From positions 1-38,695 of the forward strand of contig JAHJRX010000035.1 of NCBI GenBank assembly GCA_018830565.1: a stretch of 38,695 nucleotides of DNA, given 5' to 3'. The stretch is from a bacterium (GTDB lineage Bacteria > UBA9089 > JAHJRX01). Of the stretch, positions 37,102 through 38,695 are shown in pieces. The notes beneath the pieces were generated by a model. That model was not told the DNA's origin. It made no database searches and saw only the letters and a program-made list of their open reading frames with translations. Made by a program: the position numbers and the translations under genes. Numbering within the stretch: position 1 is the stretch's first letter; every line of letters starts with the position of its first letter.

Positions 37102-37251
37102 CGAGTATTAGGGAAAAATATAACCCAAGATTGCGTAGATACTCTCAATGTGGACATCAATGCTCACATTGTAGTTTCGTGTAAACTTACTGCTTTATGT
37201 TGTAGGGCAATTGTCGTGAAACTGAGTTTTTACACAGTCTGACCTTTGCCT
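37102..37251 (-). promoter_or_regulatory. structured non-coding spacer between fcl and the radical SAM gene
   Basis: Perfect 7-bp stem CAATGTG-N12-CACATTG at 37146-37171. Direct repeat TCGTG(T)AAACT at 37177-37187 and 37214-37223. GTGTAAA (37179-37185) pairs with TTTACAC (37229-37235). GC content is locally higher than the flanks. Confidence 0.3.
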
Positions 37252-38190
<939 letters not shown>

Positions 38191-38220
38191 TTATCTCCAT
38201 TTTATTAATTGATTTTCTGT

Positions 38221-38695
38221 TCAGGAAATACCTTTTTCTTTTAATATCCTTTCCCCTTCTCCAATTGGAATAAGACCTTCCAGTCTCATATCACTATCCA
38301 CCATAATCTTTACCAAATCTTTAAATCCTATCTTAGGTTGCCATTTCAACTTTTCTTTAGCTTTTGTAATATCTGCATGCAAAAATTCAACCTCTGTAGG
38401 TCTAAAGTATCTCATATCAATTTCTATGTAATCTTTCCAATTTAACCCCACATAAGAGAAAGCCTCTTGTAAAAATTCCTTTATTGAATGAGTCTGCCCT
38501 GTTCCAATTACATAATCATCTGGTTTGTCTTGCTGAAGCATCAACCACATTGCCTCCACATACTCTGGAGCATACCCCCAATCTCGTTTTGCTTCTAAGT
38601 TACCTAAGTATATCTTTTCTTGTTTTCCGGATAAAATCTTAGCAATACCCCTGGTTATCTTGCGGGTAACAAAGGTTTCACCCCTTCTCGGCGAC
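38221..38695 (-). CDS. gmd: GDP-mannose 4,6-dehydratase, 3' part (5' end lies beyond the window)
   Basis: The frame stays open to the window edge. Translation ...[70 protein letters not shown] matches Gmd C-terminal blocks. Confidence 0.85.
   Translation of the reverse strand, partial: SPRRGETFVTRKITRGIAKILSGKQEKIYLGNLEAKRDWGYAPEYVEAMWLMLQQDKPDDYVIGTGQTHSIKEFLQEAFSYVGLNWKDYIEIDMRYFRPTEVEFLHADITKAKEKLKWQPKIGFKDLVKIMVDSDMRLEGLIPIGEGERILKEKGIS

Noticed and set aside
37039-37251. Cobalamin riboswitch upstream of the B12-radical SAM gene
   Set aside because: The minus-strand transcript of this spacer has no B12 box (GCCACTG) or the associated conserved core. The structures present are simple hairpins.

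Overview
This is an AT-rich (roughly one-third GC), tightly packed bacterial chromosomal window with many overlapping or translationally coupled genes. The envelope genes present (MlaE/F/D, LolC/E-LolD, a GT9 heptosyltransferase-like protein, a signal-peptide beta-barrel protein, a large periplasmic TPR protein) argue for a diderm organism, possibly an uncultivated lineage. Contents from left to right are as follows. Positions 156-1198 hold an IS-like unit bounded by a perfect 28-bp inverted repeat; it carries a Y1 (HUH) transposase fused to a DnaA domain-IV-like HTH. Positions 1255-5879 hold an Fe-S/sulfur-transfer cluster (BioB-family radical SAM, LarE-like PP-loop sulfurtransferase, MnmA, FdhD, NadA). 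On the minus strand lie a small TM/zinc-ribbon protein and an SPFH/band-7 protein. A glycan-modification cluster follows (B12-binding radical SAM with a GT9 N-domain-like tail, a GT2, a divergent GT9 with an N-terminal Cys4 motif). Next is glyS without glyQ, then mlaE, an MlaF homolog with all ATPase motifs degenerate, and a long-tailed MlaD. Central metabolism follows (aspartate aminotransferase, isocitrate dehydrogenase, two-subunit class-I fumarase/tartrate-dehydratase family), then lolCE-lolD, ilvE, mcsA-mcsB-clpC, a 1009-aa TPR protein translationally coupled to clpC, an outer-membrane beta-barrel candidate, folK and a methyltransferase. The minus strand at the right end carries nnr, a second B12-radical SAM, fcl, and a gmd truncated by the window edge. 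No rRNA, tRNA or CRISPR arrays were found. Most notable non-coding signal: a ~52-bp element plus a weak hairpin/T-run is present in two copies, immediately upstream of the mla and lol operons.
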